Shown: positions 10,813-20,531 of the stretch, one piece after another
How positions within the stretch are numbered: position 1 is the stretch's first letter
Layout of the letters: each line of letters begins with the position of its first letter
Origin: Candidatus Hydrogenedentota bacterium
GTDB lineage: Bacteria > Hydrogenedentota > Hydrogenedentia > Hydrogenedentales > SLHB01
Direction of reading: 5' to 3'
Assembly (NCBI GenBank): GCA_045863295.1
Contig: BTWA01000025.1
Location: 29,230 to 93,229, forward strand
Length of the DNA: 64,000 bases
Notes under the pieces: model-generated
What the model was told of the DNA's origin: nothing
The model's database searches: none
The model's input: the letters and a program-made list of their open reading frames with translations, nothing else
Translations under genes and position numbers: made by a program

Positions 10813-10967
10813 TAGAGTCTTCCTCTGTTACAAGTTATTGCCTTGGAATTGGTTGGAGCGAGCGGTCGACACCCACAACCTGCCAGATACGCCGCTGATC
10901 GCTACGCCGCCGTTTGTGTCATAATAGTGCGAGAAGCCAAGAATTAAAACAGTACCGCGGGAGATGA

Positions 10968-11624
10968 TTGATGCGCTGCCGTCGCCACGGGTTCAGCATG
11001 GTCGAAATGCTTGTCGTGCTTGCCATCATTTCGATCCTAATGGCACTTTACCTGCCCGTTCTGAGCAAAGCGATGCGAAAAGCCAAAGACGTCGCGGCGA
11101 AGGAGGGCTTGCGTCAGGATGCGATTGGGCGATATGCCGACGGGGCAAACGTCGCAGGTCCGAATAACGGACCATTGCCCGATCGCAATGCGTGCCGCGA
11201 AGCGTTTCGCACCCTGATGCAGACCGGAAAACAGGAAGAGTGGGTGACGAAGATGCTGTATGCGGCGCGCAATGACGATGAATTCGAGGCCTATTGGAAC
11301 ACGCTCTTGAATCCAAATGCAGCCGATCCGCTGGAATTTGAGGGGCGATCCGTGGTCGCCACGGATTTTGAGGGAAATGAATACCTGCTTCCGGTTATCG
11401 ACGACTTGGATGTAATAGCCAGCCGATTGGGGAACTTTCCCGTGGGGTGGACCTATATCTCGACCGACTTATCCGATACAAGCACCGGCAACATCGGAGG
11501 CGACGTGTTGTTCAGCGGGGGGCATGTCGAGTACGTCCGCTATCCATCGGGATACCCCATGTCCCCGACCGTAGCGGACTTGTCACACAAGTTTCTACAT
11601 CCGGATCTGCCCCTGTTCGGATAA
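10968..11624 (+). CDS. Prepilin-type N-terminal cleavage/methylation domain protein
   Basis: Class III signal RRHG/FSMVEMLVVLAIISIL; C-terminal GGDVLFSGGHVEY resembles the H-X9-DG-associated motif. Confidence 0.8.
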   Translation: MMRCRRHGFSMVEMLVVLAIISILMALYLPVLSKAMRKAKDVAAKEGLRQDAIGRYADGANVAGPNNGPLPDRNACREAFRTLMQTGKQEEWVTKMLYAARNDDEFEAYWNTLLNPNAADPLEFEGRSVVATDFEGNEYLLPVIDDLDVIASRLGNFPVGWTYISTDLSDTSTGNIGGDVLFSGGHVEYVRYPSGYPMSPTVADLSHKFLHPDLPLFG

Positions 11625-11635
11625 GGCAGGGTTTT

Positions 11636-12088
11636 CTATGCCCCAAACTGCTTGAGGTGATGTTCGCAGTGCCGCACATGCATTACAGCCCAGCCATCGA
11701 TGCCAATGTCGCCGAAGCCGGGGTGTTCACATGGCTTCATCGAACCTTCCTGTACCGCCGCCAAGTAATCGTCTAACGTGACCCTTAATTCTGCAATAGC
11801 CTGAGGCAAGGGCGTATTTCGCTCTTCCGCGAACTTTCGCTTGATAGGAATGTTTTTGGGAATGGGCAAAATTCCTTTCAGGATCAGCGGGCCGAAGATG
11901 TATTTCGTCATGAAATTGCCGACGTAAAAACTGGGGACTTCTTTTCCCATGGAATAGCGGAACGTTGCATTCAGATGATTCACCATTCGGTCCGGTGACA
12001 TTTTACCCCAAGCCGGTTTGGCTTCCGCAGGTATCTTCTCCAGCCGTTCTATCAATTCAGATGCAAAGTCATGGTCCATCTGACGCAT
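11636..12088 (-). CDS. DUF1569 / DinB-like protein (copy 3)
   Basis: WGKM..RMVNHL...HPGFG....W...H.RH.EHHLKQFG. Confidence 0.82.
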   Translation of the reverse strand: MRQMDHDFASELIERLEKIPAEAKPAWGKMSPDRMVNHLNATFRYSMGKEVPSFYVGNFMTKYIFGPLILKGILPIPKNIPIKRKFAEERNTPLPQAIAELRVTLDDYLAAVQEGSMKPCEHPGFGDIGIDGWAVMHVRHCEHHLKQFGA

Positions 12089-12093
12089 GGTGG

Positions 12094-12546
12094 CTAAACT
12101 CCAAACTGCCGCAGATGATGGTCGCAGTGAACAACGTGGAAACGGCGCCAGCCGGACACGCCGATATGGCCGAAAAAAGGGTGGTGCGGAGTGGACATGC
12201 CCCCATTCGTACTATTGACCAGAAACTCACCCAATACAGACTTGAGTTCCTCTGCCGAGCAGGTGCGGGTTCCGTGTTCCGGCGCGCCCTTGGCTCGGGG
12301 AGCCCGGATATTTTGAGGGATTTGCTTGATTCCAAATAGCACAAGTGGGGCAAACACATACTTCGTTTTGAAGTTTCCCTTGAAAGGGACTTCAGGTCCC
12401 TGGCCCATCGAATACCGGACAACATCGGCAAGGTGCCCAAACATCTGATCCCGGTTCATTTTGCCCCAAAGCGGCGCGGCGTCCGCCGGTATCCGTTCAA
12501 TTCGTTGGGTAATCTGGTCAATGTGCGCCTGATTCAACTTGGCCAT
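12094..12546 (-). CDS. DUF1569 / DinB-like protein (copy 2)
   Basis: Start MAKLNQ at 12546; WGKM..QMFGHL...HPFFG....W...H..HCDHHLRQFG. Confidence 0.82.
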   Translation of the reverse strand: MAKLNQAHIDQITQRIERIPADAAPLWGKMNRDQMFGHLADVVRYSMGQGPEVPFKGNFKTKYVFAPLVLFGIKQIPQNIRAPRAKGAPEHGTRTCSAEELKSVLGEFLVNSTNGGMSTPHHPFFGHIGVSGWRRFHVVHCDHHLRQFGV

Positions 12547-12559
12547 GCAATGTGCCCTT

Positions 12560-13003
12560 TCAGACCGCGAATTGCCTCGCGTGATGATCGCCATGAACAA
12601 TATGCAGCTTTCCCCAGCCTTTTGCGCCGATCGCGCCGAATAAGGGGTGGGGAAGTGGATTGAAATGGGGTTCGCTCATTCTGTCCAAAAAGGCCTCCAA
12701 CCGGGCATGCACCGACTCCAGCGGCTCGCCGGGTGCGTCAAATGCATACATTTTCGGGGCTTCTACGTTGCGCGGCATTCGAATGAAGCCGTTCAGGATT
12801 AAGGGTGCCGCCACCGCATGGTAAAAGAGATTGCCTTCGTCTTTCGCCCTGGGCAATTCGCCCAATGAATACCCAATGGCCTGGCTAAGGTGGGCGAACA
12901 TTTGCCCGCGATTCATGGCCCCCCAAAGCGGCTTTGCATCCTCGGGAATCCGAGAGAGCCTGCTGCAAAAAGAATCCACAAACGACCGATCAAACGTGCG
13001 CAT
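12560..13003 (-). CDS. DUF1569 / DinB-like protein (copy 1)
   Basis: Start MRTFDR at 13003 chosen by alignment with the paralogs; WGAM..QMFAHL...HPLFG....W...H..HGDHHARQF. Confidence 0.82.
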   Translation of the reverse strand: MRTFDRSFVDSFCSRLSRIPEDAKPLWGAMNRGQMFAHLSQAIGYSLGELPRAKDEGNLFYHAVAAPLILNGFIRMPRNVEAPKMYAFDAPGEPLESVHARLEAFLDRMSEPHFNPLPHPLFGAIGAKGWGKLHIVHGDHHARQFAV

Positions 13004-13207
13004 TGTAAGAGCCCAACCCAAGTTGTCCGCCATTATGATTCTGAGTGTTTGAATGTGCAAGGACCGGGAACTGCAATTAGGAAAGTGTTTGGGCCAGTCC
13101 TTGCAGCGGCCTCATGGAATCGGTAAGATACGACGCTTTGGCGTGGCAGATGTGTCCCTGCTAACCCTTTGCGCATCAATCGATTATCCCCCTTCCGGAG
13201 GCATGCA

Positions 13208-14584
13208 ATGGCAGACGAACATTTCAAGGAAACGTGGAAGACCATTCGAGAGTTCGAGGCGAACCAGGATACAGACGGTCTTCGGGAGTTCGTGCATTCG
13301 CTGACACCGGGTGACATCGCACGCGCCTTGACGCGCCTTAGTGATGACGAAAAGACCACCCTGCTGACCCTACTTCCCCCGGATGAAGCGGCTGGGATTT
13401 TGGCCATTCTACCCGAAGTGCAGGGCGCGGAGATTATCGAGGAACTGACTCCCGAGCAGGCCGCCGCAATCCTGGACGAAATGGAAAGTGCCACTCGCGC
13501 GGACGTTCTTGGCAGTCTCGAGGACATGGACGTCGAGGCCATCTTGAAGGCCATGGATCCCGCTCAAGCCGAGGATACCAGGGTTCTTTTGAACTACGAC
13601 CCGGATACCGCCGGCGGCCTGATGATTACCGAGTTTCTCTACTATGAAGAGGACCAGACAATTGCCGACGTCTTGAGTGATTTGCGAACCAACGCCGACA
13701 CATACGCCGACTATGGGGTTCAGTACGTATACGTAGTCTCACACGAAAAGAAGTTGGTTGGCGTTATCCGCTTGCGCGATCTCGTACTCTCACCCGGATT
13801 GACCCCGCTTGTAGATGTCATGATTAAGAATCCATTGAACGTGAACGTCAAGACCTCGCTTGACGATTTGCGGCAGTTGTTCGATCAATACAATTTCTTT
13901 GGTGTGCCCGTAGTCGACGATGCCTTTCAAATTGTTGGCGTTGTACAGCGCGACGACGTTAAGAAGCGCGAATCGGATGTGGCTGGAAAGGCGTTTATGC
14001 GCTTCAGCGGCATCATCGGTGGTGAAGAATTGCGGAGTATGCCCAACAGCATTCGCGCGATCCGGCGATTGGCATTTCTTACGCCCAACATTTTCTTAAA
14101 TCTGATTTCCGCCAGTGTCATAGCTATGTATGAAAAGACCCTTGCCCAAGTTATTATGCTGGCTGTGTTTATGCCCATTATTTCCGATATGAGCGGCTGC
14201 TCGGGCAACCAGGCGGTCGCGGTCAGCATCCGGGAATTGTCCATCGGCGTCATTAAGCCCCGCGATTTCATTCGGGTTTGGCTAAAGGAAATGCAGGTTG
14301 GGGTTCCAAACGGCATCGCGCTAGGCATCGCGCTGGGCCTCATCGTGCTGATATGGTCGCAGAACATCTATCTGGCTAGCGTCGTCGGCGGCGCCTTGTT
14401 GCTGAACACCATCGTGGGAGCTTGTATCGGAGGATTGATTCCACTGGGGTTGAAGGTGTTTAAAGTGGATCCGGCTTTGGCCTCCGCACCGATATTAACG
14501 ACCGTGACCGACATGCTCGGATTCTTCTTTATGCTCGGTTTTGCATCGCTTGCTTTGAGCATGGGGCTGCCCATCGCCGACTGA
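13208..14584 (+). CDS. mgtE: Magnesium transporter MgtE (copy 1)
   Basis: MgtE N domain, CBS pair (TAGGLM), SGCSGNQ, DPALASAP..TTVTD TM motifs; GGAGG RBS before ATG 13208. Confidence 0.93.
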   Translation: MADEHFKETWKTIREFEANQDTDGLREFVHSLTPGDIARALTRLSDDEKTTLLTLLPPDEAAGILAILPEVQGAEIIEELTPEQAAAILDEMESATRADVLGSLEDMDVEAILKAMDPAQAEDTRVLLNYDPDTAGGLMITEFLYYEEDQTIADVLSDLRTNADTYADYGVQYVYVVSHEKKLVGVIRLRDLVLSPGLTPLVDVMIKNPLNVNVKTSLDDLRQLFDQYNFFGVPVVDDAFQIVGVVQRDDVKKRESDVAGKAFMRFSGIIGGEELRSMPNSIRAIRRLAFLTPNIFLNLISASVIAMYEKTLAQVIMLAVFMPIISDMSGCSGNQAVAVSIRELSIGVIKPRDFIRVWLKEMQVGVPNGIALGIALGLIVLIWSQNIYLASVVGGALLLNTIVGACIGGLIPLGLKVFKVDPALASAPILTTVTDMLGFFFMLGFASLALSMGLPIAD

Positions 14585-14650
14585 CAACCGGACTCACCAG
14601 CACCAGTCCTTGAATGTGCACGGAGTCTGCTAATTAAAGAGAAGCTCGCC

Positions 14651-15994
14651 ATGGCGTGGGAACAACTGGAACAGCTCATTGAACAAGAGGACCATTCGGC
14701 CCTTGTCGAATTGTTGCATTCCCTGAGCGCCGCTGAACTGGCACGGGCCTTTTCACGCCTTGGCGAGGATGACAGAGCAAAACTCCTCACGCTGCTTGAG
14801 GCCGAACACGCAGCGGACATCATTGCCCAGCTATCCGATGCCCAGAGCGCGGATCTACTCGAAGAGTTGCCCGCCGAAGTTGCCGCGGACATTTTGGAGG
14901 AATTGGATAGCGATCAACGCGCTGATCTGCTCGGAGAAATCGACGCCACCGACGCCGAAGCCATTCTGCAGCATATGGAACCGGAGGAAGCCGCCGATGC
15001 CCGCATGTTGCTCAATTACCCCGCTGACACGGCGGGCGGCCTGATGGTAACCGAGTTTCTTGCATTTCCCATGGCATGGAAGGTGTCCGATGTTGTGCGA
15101 AATCTGCACGACCATGCCAGGGAATACGCCGACTACAGCATCCAATACGCCTACACTGTGTCCGATCACGGACGGCTTGTGGGGGTGCTTCGATTGCGAG
15201 ACCTTTTGCTCTCGGAAGACGAGGTTCCGTTGAGTTCACTCATGATCGCAAATCCAATCTATGTGTTGCACACGGCGACTTTGGATGAATTGGAGCAGAC
15301 ATTTGCCCGGTATCCGTTTGTCGGTTTGCCGGTCGTCGAGCCCGACGGGCGCATCATTGGCGTAGTGCGCCGTTTGGATACGGAGGAAGCCCTCGGTGAC
15401 CGACAAGAACAAGCCTTTATGCGATTTGGCGGTATTATCACTGGCGAAGAGTTGCGCAGCATGCCCTTGTTCGAGCGCTCGTTCCGGCGTCTGCTGTGGC
15501 TTGTCATCAATCTTGCGTTGTCGTTGCTCGCGGTTACCGTCATCGACCAGTTTCACGCAACGCTTGAAGCCGTTATTGCACTTGCCGTATTCATCCCTGT
15601 GGTTGCCAACCTGAGTGGCTGTGCAGGCAATCAGGCAGTCACGGTCAGCATTCGTGAATTGTCGCTCGGCCTGATAACCACCGAGGATTATGTTCGCGTT
15701 ATTGCCAAGGAATCACAAGTTGGGCTGATAAACGGTTTGTGTCTCGGCACGTTGCTGGCAGGCGTATCCTACCTTTGGAAGCACAATCTCGCGCTCAGTC
15801 TGGTCGTGGGCGTGGCGTTAGCGGCGAATTCGGTAATAGCGTTGGCTCTGGGTGGCTCAATTCCGCTAATTGTGCGAAAAATCAAAATGGACCCGGCTCT
15901 GGCCTCTCCGCCCCTCTTAACCACGATTACGGACATGTGTGCATTCTTCTTAGTCTTAAGTATCGCCGCTGCGGTTCTAACACACTTAGTGTAA
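14651..15994 (+). CDS. mgtE: Magnesium transporter MgtE (copy 2)
   Basis: Same architecture as copy 1; SGCAGNQ, DPALASPP..TTITD. Confidence 0.93.
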   Translation: MAWEQLEQLIEQEDHSALVELLHSLSAAELARAFSRLGEDDRAKLLTLLEAEHAADIIAQLSDAQSADLLEELPAEVAADILEELDSDQRADLLGEIDATDAEAILQHMEPEEAADARMLLNYPADTAGGLMVTEFLAFPMAWKVSDVVRNLHDHAREYADYSIQYAYTVSDHGRLVGVLRLRDLLLSEDEVPLSSLMIANPIYVLHTATLDELEQTFARYPFVGLPVVEPDGRIIGVVRRLDTEEALGDRQEQAFMRFGGIITGEELRSMPLFERSFRRLLWLVINLALSLLAVTVIDQFHATLEAVIALAVFIPVVANLSGCAGNQAVTVSIRELSLGLITTEDYVRVIAKESQVGLINGLCLGTLLAGVSYLWKHNLALSLVVGVALAANSVIALALGGSIPLIVRKIKMDPALASPPLLTTITDMCAFFLVLSIAAAVLTHLV

Positions 15995-16029
15995 GTCCCG
16001 GGATCCGTGGAAATTAGACCGCATCAACT

Positions 16030-16059
16030 TTGACTTGCCTGCGCCGGGGCTGATACTAT
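16030..16059 (+). promoter_or_regulatory. Putative sigma70 promoter of the trp operon
   Basis: TTGACT-N18-TACTAT with extended TGn, about 50 bp upstream of trpD. Confidence 0.55.
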
Positions 16060-16109
16060 TTTCCCCTTTAGCAAGCCGCAACCTGACACCTGTTTATGGA
16101 TGCAAGTGG

Positions 16110-17147
16110 ATGATTCAAGAAGCCTTACATGATCTGGCCCTGAAGCAAGATCTTTCGCGGGATCGGGCTGCCGCCGCTCTGGGTGACATCATGGAAGGCA
16201 AGGCCACACAGGCCCAGATTGGCGCTTTTCTTATGGGTCTTCGGGTGAAAGGCGAGACAGTTGAGGAAATCACCGGACTTGCCTCTACCATGCGGGCCAA
16301 GGCTACTCGAATCGTTACAACCCGAAGCCCCTTGGTGGATACCTGCGGCACAGGTGGTGATCACTCGGGTACATTCAATATTTCCACAGCGGCCGCTTTC
16401 GTGGCAGCCGGTTCCGGCGTGGCCGTTGCAAAGCACGGGAACCGTAGCGCCACAAGCAAGTGTGGCAGTGCTGATGTTTTGGAAGCACTTGGCGTTCAAT
16501 TGGATGCGTCACCAGACCAAGTAGGCAGGTGCATTGACGACGTAGGGATAGGGTTTCTTTTTGCCCGAGCACTTCACACGTGCATGAAACATGTAGCGGG
16601 TCCGCGGGCCGAATTGAAAACCCGTACCGTGTTCAACATTCTCGGTCCGTTGACCAATCCGGCGGGTGCCTGTGGACAGGTTATTGGGGTCTTTGATCGC
16701 GATCTCGTCGAGACGCTTGCCCAAGTACTGGCGAATCTCGGTACGCGCCGGGCATTTGTCGTATCCGGCCCTGATGGACTAGACGAACTAGGATTATCCG
16801 GCCCATCTACTGTATGCGAAGTGTCAGGGAAAGGATTGCGGAAGTATGAGATACGTCCGGAAGATGCAGGGCTTGCCCCGGCACCGTTGACGGCGGTGAG
16901 GGGAGGGGGGCCGGAGGAAAACGCCGGTCTGCTTCGCGCGGTATTGGAAGGTCAACACGGCCCTCACCGTGACATTGTATTGTTGAATGCGGCTGCGGCC
17001 TTATTGGCGGCTGACGACCACAGTACCGACTGGCGCGAGGCGGTCGAGCGAGCCTCATCGTCCATCGACTCAGGTTCGGCCTTGGCCAAACTGGACGCGT
17101 TGATTGCGGCTTCGGGTGCATTGACGGAAACCGGCGGCAAACCATGA
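16110..17147 (+). CDS. trpD: Anthranilate phosphoribosyltransferase
   Basis: DTCGTGGD, FNIST, KHGNR, GSADVLEALG and FNILGPLTNP motifs. Confidence 0.96.
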   Translation: MIQEALHDLALKQDLSRDRAAAALGDIMEGKATQAQIGAFLMGLRVKGETVEEITGLASTMRAKATRIVTTRSPLVDTCGTGGDHSGTFNISTAAAFVAAGSGVAVAKHGNRSATSKCGSADVLEALGVQLDASPDQVGRCIDDVGIGFLFARALHTCMKHVAGPRAELKTRTVFNILGPLTNPAGACGQVIGVFDRDLVETLAQVLANLGTRRAFVVSGPDGLDELGLSGPSTVCEVSGKGLRKYEIRPEDAGLAPAPLTAVRGGGPEENAGLLRAVLEGQHGPHRDIVLLNAAAALLAADDHSTDWREAVERASSSIDSGSALAKLDALIAASGALTETGGKP

Positions 17148-17926
17148 TCTTAGACGATATCTGCGCGCACAAGTTGGAAGAAGTGGCGGCCCGCAAACAG
17201 GCCCTGCCACAGCGGCAACTTGAGGAGCAAATTGACTGGAACCGAAAACCTCGCGATTTCAGGGGTGCACTGCGCAAAGACGGCATCAGTCTTATCGCGG
17301 AGATCAAGCGTTCCTCGCCGGTTAAGGGTACTTTTCTCCACAACGTGGATCCGGTGGAACTGGGACATCTTTATCAGGATAACGGGGCCCGCGCGATTTC
17401 GATTCTGACCGACGAGAAATACTTCAAGGGAACGCTTCAAGATCTGCGCCAAGTCAGTACCAGCGTTCGCGTACCTTGCCTTCGAAAAGAGTTTATCGTC
17501 GACGAATACCAGATATACGAAGCGCGCGCCAACCGGGCCGACGCGATCTTGCTTATAGTGCGCATGCTTACGGATGAACAAATAAAGGACTATAGCAAGC
17601 TCGCCGCCACGTTGGGCATGGGTGTACTGGTCGAAACGCACGACGAAGAAGAAATAGCGCGCGCGCTGAAGGCGGGTTCGGCCATCATCGGCATCAACAA
17701 CCGCGACTTATCCTCGTTCACCGTGGATATTGGACTCACATTAAGGCTCAAAAAACTGGTGCCGGGCGGCCACGTGCTCGTAAGCGAAAGCGGTATTTAT
17801 ACGCGGGACGACGTGAAGCGTCTGGAAGACGGCGGCGTGGACGCTATCCTTGTCGGCGAAGCCATCGTTTCCAACAAGGATATAGCATCCAAGATCAGGG
17901 AACTTCTCGGTTTTGACCAGAGTTAA
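17144..17926 (+). CDS. trpC: Indole-3-glycerol phosphate synthase
   Basis: IAEIKRSSP, LRKEFIVD, GINNRDL and SESGI motifs; 4-bp overlap with trpD. Confidence 0.96.
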   Translation: MILDDICAHKLEEVAARKQALPQRQLEEQIDWNRKPRDFRGALRKDGISLIAEIKRSSPVKGTFLHNVDPVELGHLYQDNGARAISILTDEKYFKGTLQDLRQVSTSVRVPCLRKEFIVDEYQIYEARANRADAILLIVRMLTDEQIKDYSKLAATLGMGVLVETHDEEEIARALKAGSAIIGINNRDLSSFTVDIGLTLRLKKLVPGGHVLVSESGIYTRDDVKRLEDGGVDAILVGEAIVSNKDIASKIRELLGFDQS

Positions 17927-18542
17927 GATTTGCGGAATCACAAGTCTGCACGATGCGCTGGCTGCCTGCGAATTCGGTGCAGATGCCCTGGGGTTTAATT
18001 TCGCGCCTGAGGCGAAGCCCAGGAACCGGTATATCGATCCGGATAATGCACAGCGCATTATCGAACAATTACCCCCGTTCGTGGTGACTGTCGCAATTTG
18101 CGTCAACGAACCCCTTGACCGGGCAATCGACTTTTTGTCAATCGTGGATACGGTCCAGTTGCATGGCGAAGAGCCGCCCGAATACTGCGCTGCCTTTGGG
18201 CCGCGTTCAATTAAGGCGTTTCGGGCAGGACCCGGATTTATCACGGAGTCCATGCTTGAGTATCCCTGTGGGTCTTATTTGATTGACGCTTATGTGCCCG
18301 GCGCGCGAGGCGGCACGGGTCACGTTGGCGACTGGAATACAGCGGAACGCGCCGTTCAGTTGGGTAAGCCCATCTTGCTGGCCGGCGGATTAACGCCTGC
18401 CAATGTGGCGGAGGCGGTGCGTCGCGTAAAGCCTTATGCAGTCGACACGGCGGGGGGCGTAGAAGCCGAACCCGGAAAGAAGGATCATGCAAAGATCAGA
18501 GATTTCATCCGCAATGCCAAGTGCGCCTTATCCGTTTCCTGA
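17913..18542 (+). CDS. trpF: Phosphoribosylanthranilate isomerase
   Basis: VKICGIT, QLHGEE, GGTG, LAGGLTP and D..GGVE motifs. Confidence 0.95.
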   Translation: MTRVKICGITSLHDALAACEFGADALGFNFAPEAKPRNRYIDPDNAQRIIEQLPPFVVTVAICVNEPLDRAIDFLSIVDTVQLHGEEPPEYCAAFGPRSIKAFRAGPGFITESMLEYPCGSYLIDAYVPGARGGTGHVGDWNTAERAVQLGKPILLAGGLTPANVAEAVRRVKPYAVDTAGGVEAEPGKKDHAKIRDFIRNAKCALSVS

Positions 18543-19725
18543 CGATCGGGGTCGGTACGGGGAATTTGGTGGGCGGTACGTACCCGAGACGCTGATGTAT
18601 CCATTGCAGGAACTGGAAGCGGCGTACGCGAGTGCCATGGCTGATCCGGAGTTTCAGGCCACACTGGCGAAGTTGCGGACCGATTTTATCGGCCGCCCCA
18701 CGCCTTTGTACTTCGCGGAGCGGCTGACGAAGCAGCTTGGCGGGGCCAAGATGTACTTCAAACGCGAGGACCTGTGCCACACAGGCGCCCACAAGATCAA
18801 TAATGCGCTCGGCCAAACCTTGCTTGCCAAGCGCATGGGAAAAACCCGCATCATCGCCGAAACCGGCGCCGGTCAGCACGGAGTGGCGACGGCCACCGCC
18901 TGTGCTTTATTGGGTCTGGAATGCGAGGTGTACATGGGCACGGAAGACATGGAGCGCCAAAAGCTCAACGTTTTTCGCATGCGCCTGCTGGGCACCAAGG
19001 TGACCGGCGTTAGTGCCGGCACCAAGACTCTAAAGGACGCCATCAACGAAGCGATGCGCGATTGGGTGGCCAATGTGCGTCACACCCACTATGTGCTGGG
19101 CACTGTGGAAGGGCCGCATCCGTTTCCGGTCATTTGCCGTGACTTTCAAAGCGTGATTGGCCGTGAGGTGCGGACACAAATCATGGAAAAAGAAGGCCGC
19201 TTACCTGACGTGCTCATTGCCTGTGTCGGCGGCGGAAGCAATTCGATTGGCCTGTTCTTTGACTTCATTCTCGATGAAGCGGTGAAAATGTACGGCGTTG
19301 AGGCTGGCGGCCACGGACCGGAAACCGGGGAACACGCCGCACGGTTTGCCGGCGGCGTCAAAGGAATGCTTCACGGCGCGATGAGTTATGTGCTGCAGGA
19401 CAAACACGGGCAAATTCAGGGAACTCACAGCGTTTCTGCCGGCTTGGATTATCCCAGCATTGGTCCCGAACATGCGTACTTCCATACTATCGGCCGGGTC
19501 CAATATCCCTATGCCAACGACGATGAGGCGCTGGAAGCGTTTCAATTGGTCAGCCGTACCGAGGGCATCATTCCCGCGCTGGAAAGTGCCCATGCCATCG
19601 CTTTTGCGGTCAAGCTTGTGCCGACGCTTGCTCCTGACCAAATTGTGGTCGTCAACATGTCTGGCCGGGGGGACAAGGACGTGCAACAGGCTGCCCGGTT
19701 TATTCTCGGGGAGGACTTGCTGTGA
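18514..19725 (+). CDS. trpB: Tryptophan synthase beta subunit
   Basis: HTGAHKINN (PLP lysine), [21 protein letters not shown]; start inferred at MPSAPY. Confidence 0.97.
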   Translation: MPSAPYPFPDDRGRYGEFGGRYVPETLMYPLQELEAAYASAMADPEFQATLAKLRTDFIGRPTPLYFAERLTKQLGGAKMYFKREDLCHTGAHKINNALGQTLLAKRMGKTRIIAETGAGQHGVATATACALLGLECEVYMGTEDMERQKLNVFRMRLLGTKVTGVSAGTKTLKDAINEAMRDWVANVRHTHYVLGTVEGPHPFPVICRDFQSVIGREVRTQIMEKEGRLPDVLIACVGGGSNSIGLFFDFILDEAVKMYGVEAGGHGPETGEHAARFAGGVKGMLHGAMSYVLQDKHGQIQGTHSVSAGLDYPSIGPEHAYFHTIGRVQYPYANDDEALEAFQLVSRTEGIIPALESAHAIAFAVKLVPTLAPDQIVVVNMSGRGDKDVQQAARFILGEDLL

Positions 19726-20531
19726 ACCGTATCGATGCGCGGTTTGACCAATTAAAGCGACGAAAAGAAACGGCGTTCATTCCTTTCATCACTGCGGGCG
19801 ATCCAACGCTGTCTCGCACGCGCGAAATCGTTCTGGCGCTTGAAAGAGCCGGCGCGGATATCGTCGAGTTGGGCGTGCCATTCTCCGACCCAATCGCGGA
19901 CGGTGTCGTAAATCAAGAAGCCGCGCAGCGCGCTCTCAAACATAATGTTACCTTGCATGATTGTGTGGCGCTCGTAAAAGAGCTTCGCAAGGAAACGCAA
20001 CTCCCACTCCTGTTGTTCACGTACTACAACCCGGTACTGGCGTATGGAGTCGAGCAATTTGCAGTAGATTGCGCCGATGCGGGCGTGGATGGCGTGTTGT
20101 GCGTCGACCTGCCGCCGGAGGAAGATGAGGAGTACAACCGGTGCCTGCATGAGAAGAACATTGCTACTGTCTATCTGGTGGCTCCAACTACACGTCCCGA
20201 ACGCATGGACGTGATCGCCCGGTATTCGCGCGGATTCATCTATTACGTATCCAGCATGGGCGTTACGGGCGAGCGCCGGTCGCTTGACGACACAGTCGGC
20301 AATATGGTGAGCGAGCTAAAGTCTCATGCCCAAACGCCTGTCGCCGTAGGATTCGGCATATCTACGCCGGAACAGGCCGCACAAGTAGCCGGGTATGCCG
20401 ATGGTGTCGTTGTTGGCAGCGCGATTGTGCGCCTGATCGGTTCCCTGGGCGATTCACCCGAGACCGCAGACAAGGTTGGCGCGTTTGTAAAAACCCTTGC
20501 GGACGCTTCCAAGTTAGGAGCGGCCCCTTGA
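19722..20531 (+). CDS. trpA: Tryptophan synthase alpha subunit
   Basis: [27 protein letters not shown] and DGVVVGSA motifs. Confidence 0.97.
   Translation: MNRIDARFDQLKRRKETAFIPFITAGDPTLSRTREIVLALERAGADIVELGVPFSDPIADGVVNQEAAQRALKHNVTLHDCVALVKELRKETQLPLLLFTYYNPVLAYGVEQFAVDCADAGVDGVLCVDLPPEEDEEYNRCLHEKNIATVYLVAPTTRPERMDVIARYSRGFIYYVSSMGVTGERRSLDDTVGNMVSELKSHAQTPVAVGFGISTPEQAAQVAGYADGVVVGSAIVRLIGSLGDSPETADKVGAFVKTLADASKLGAAP

Noticed and set aside
15995..16109. trp attenuator, leader peptide or T-box
   Set aside because: The leader is too short and has no Trp-codon ORF, terminator hairpin or T-box motif.
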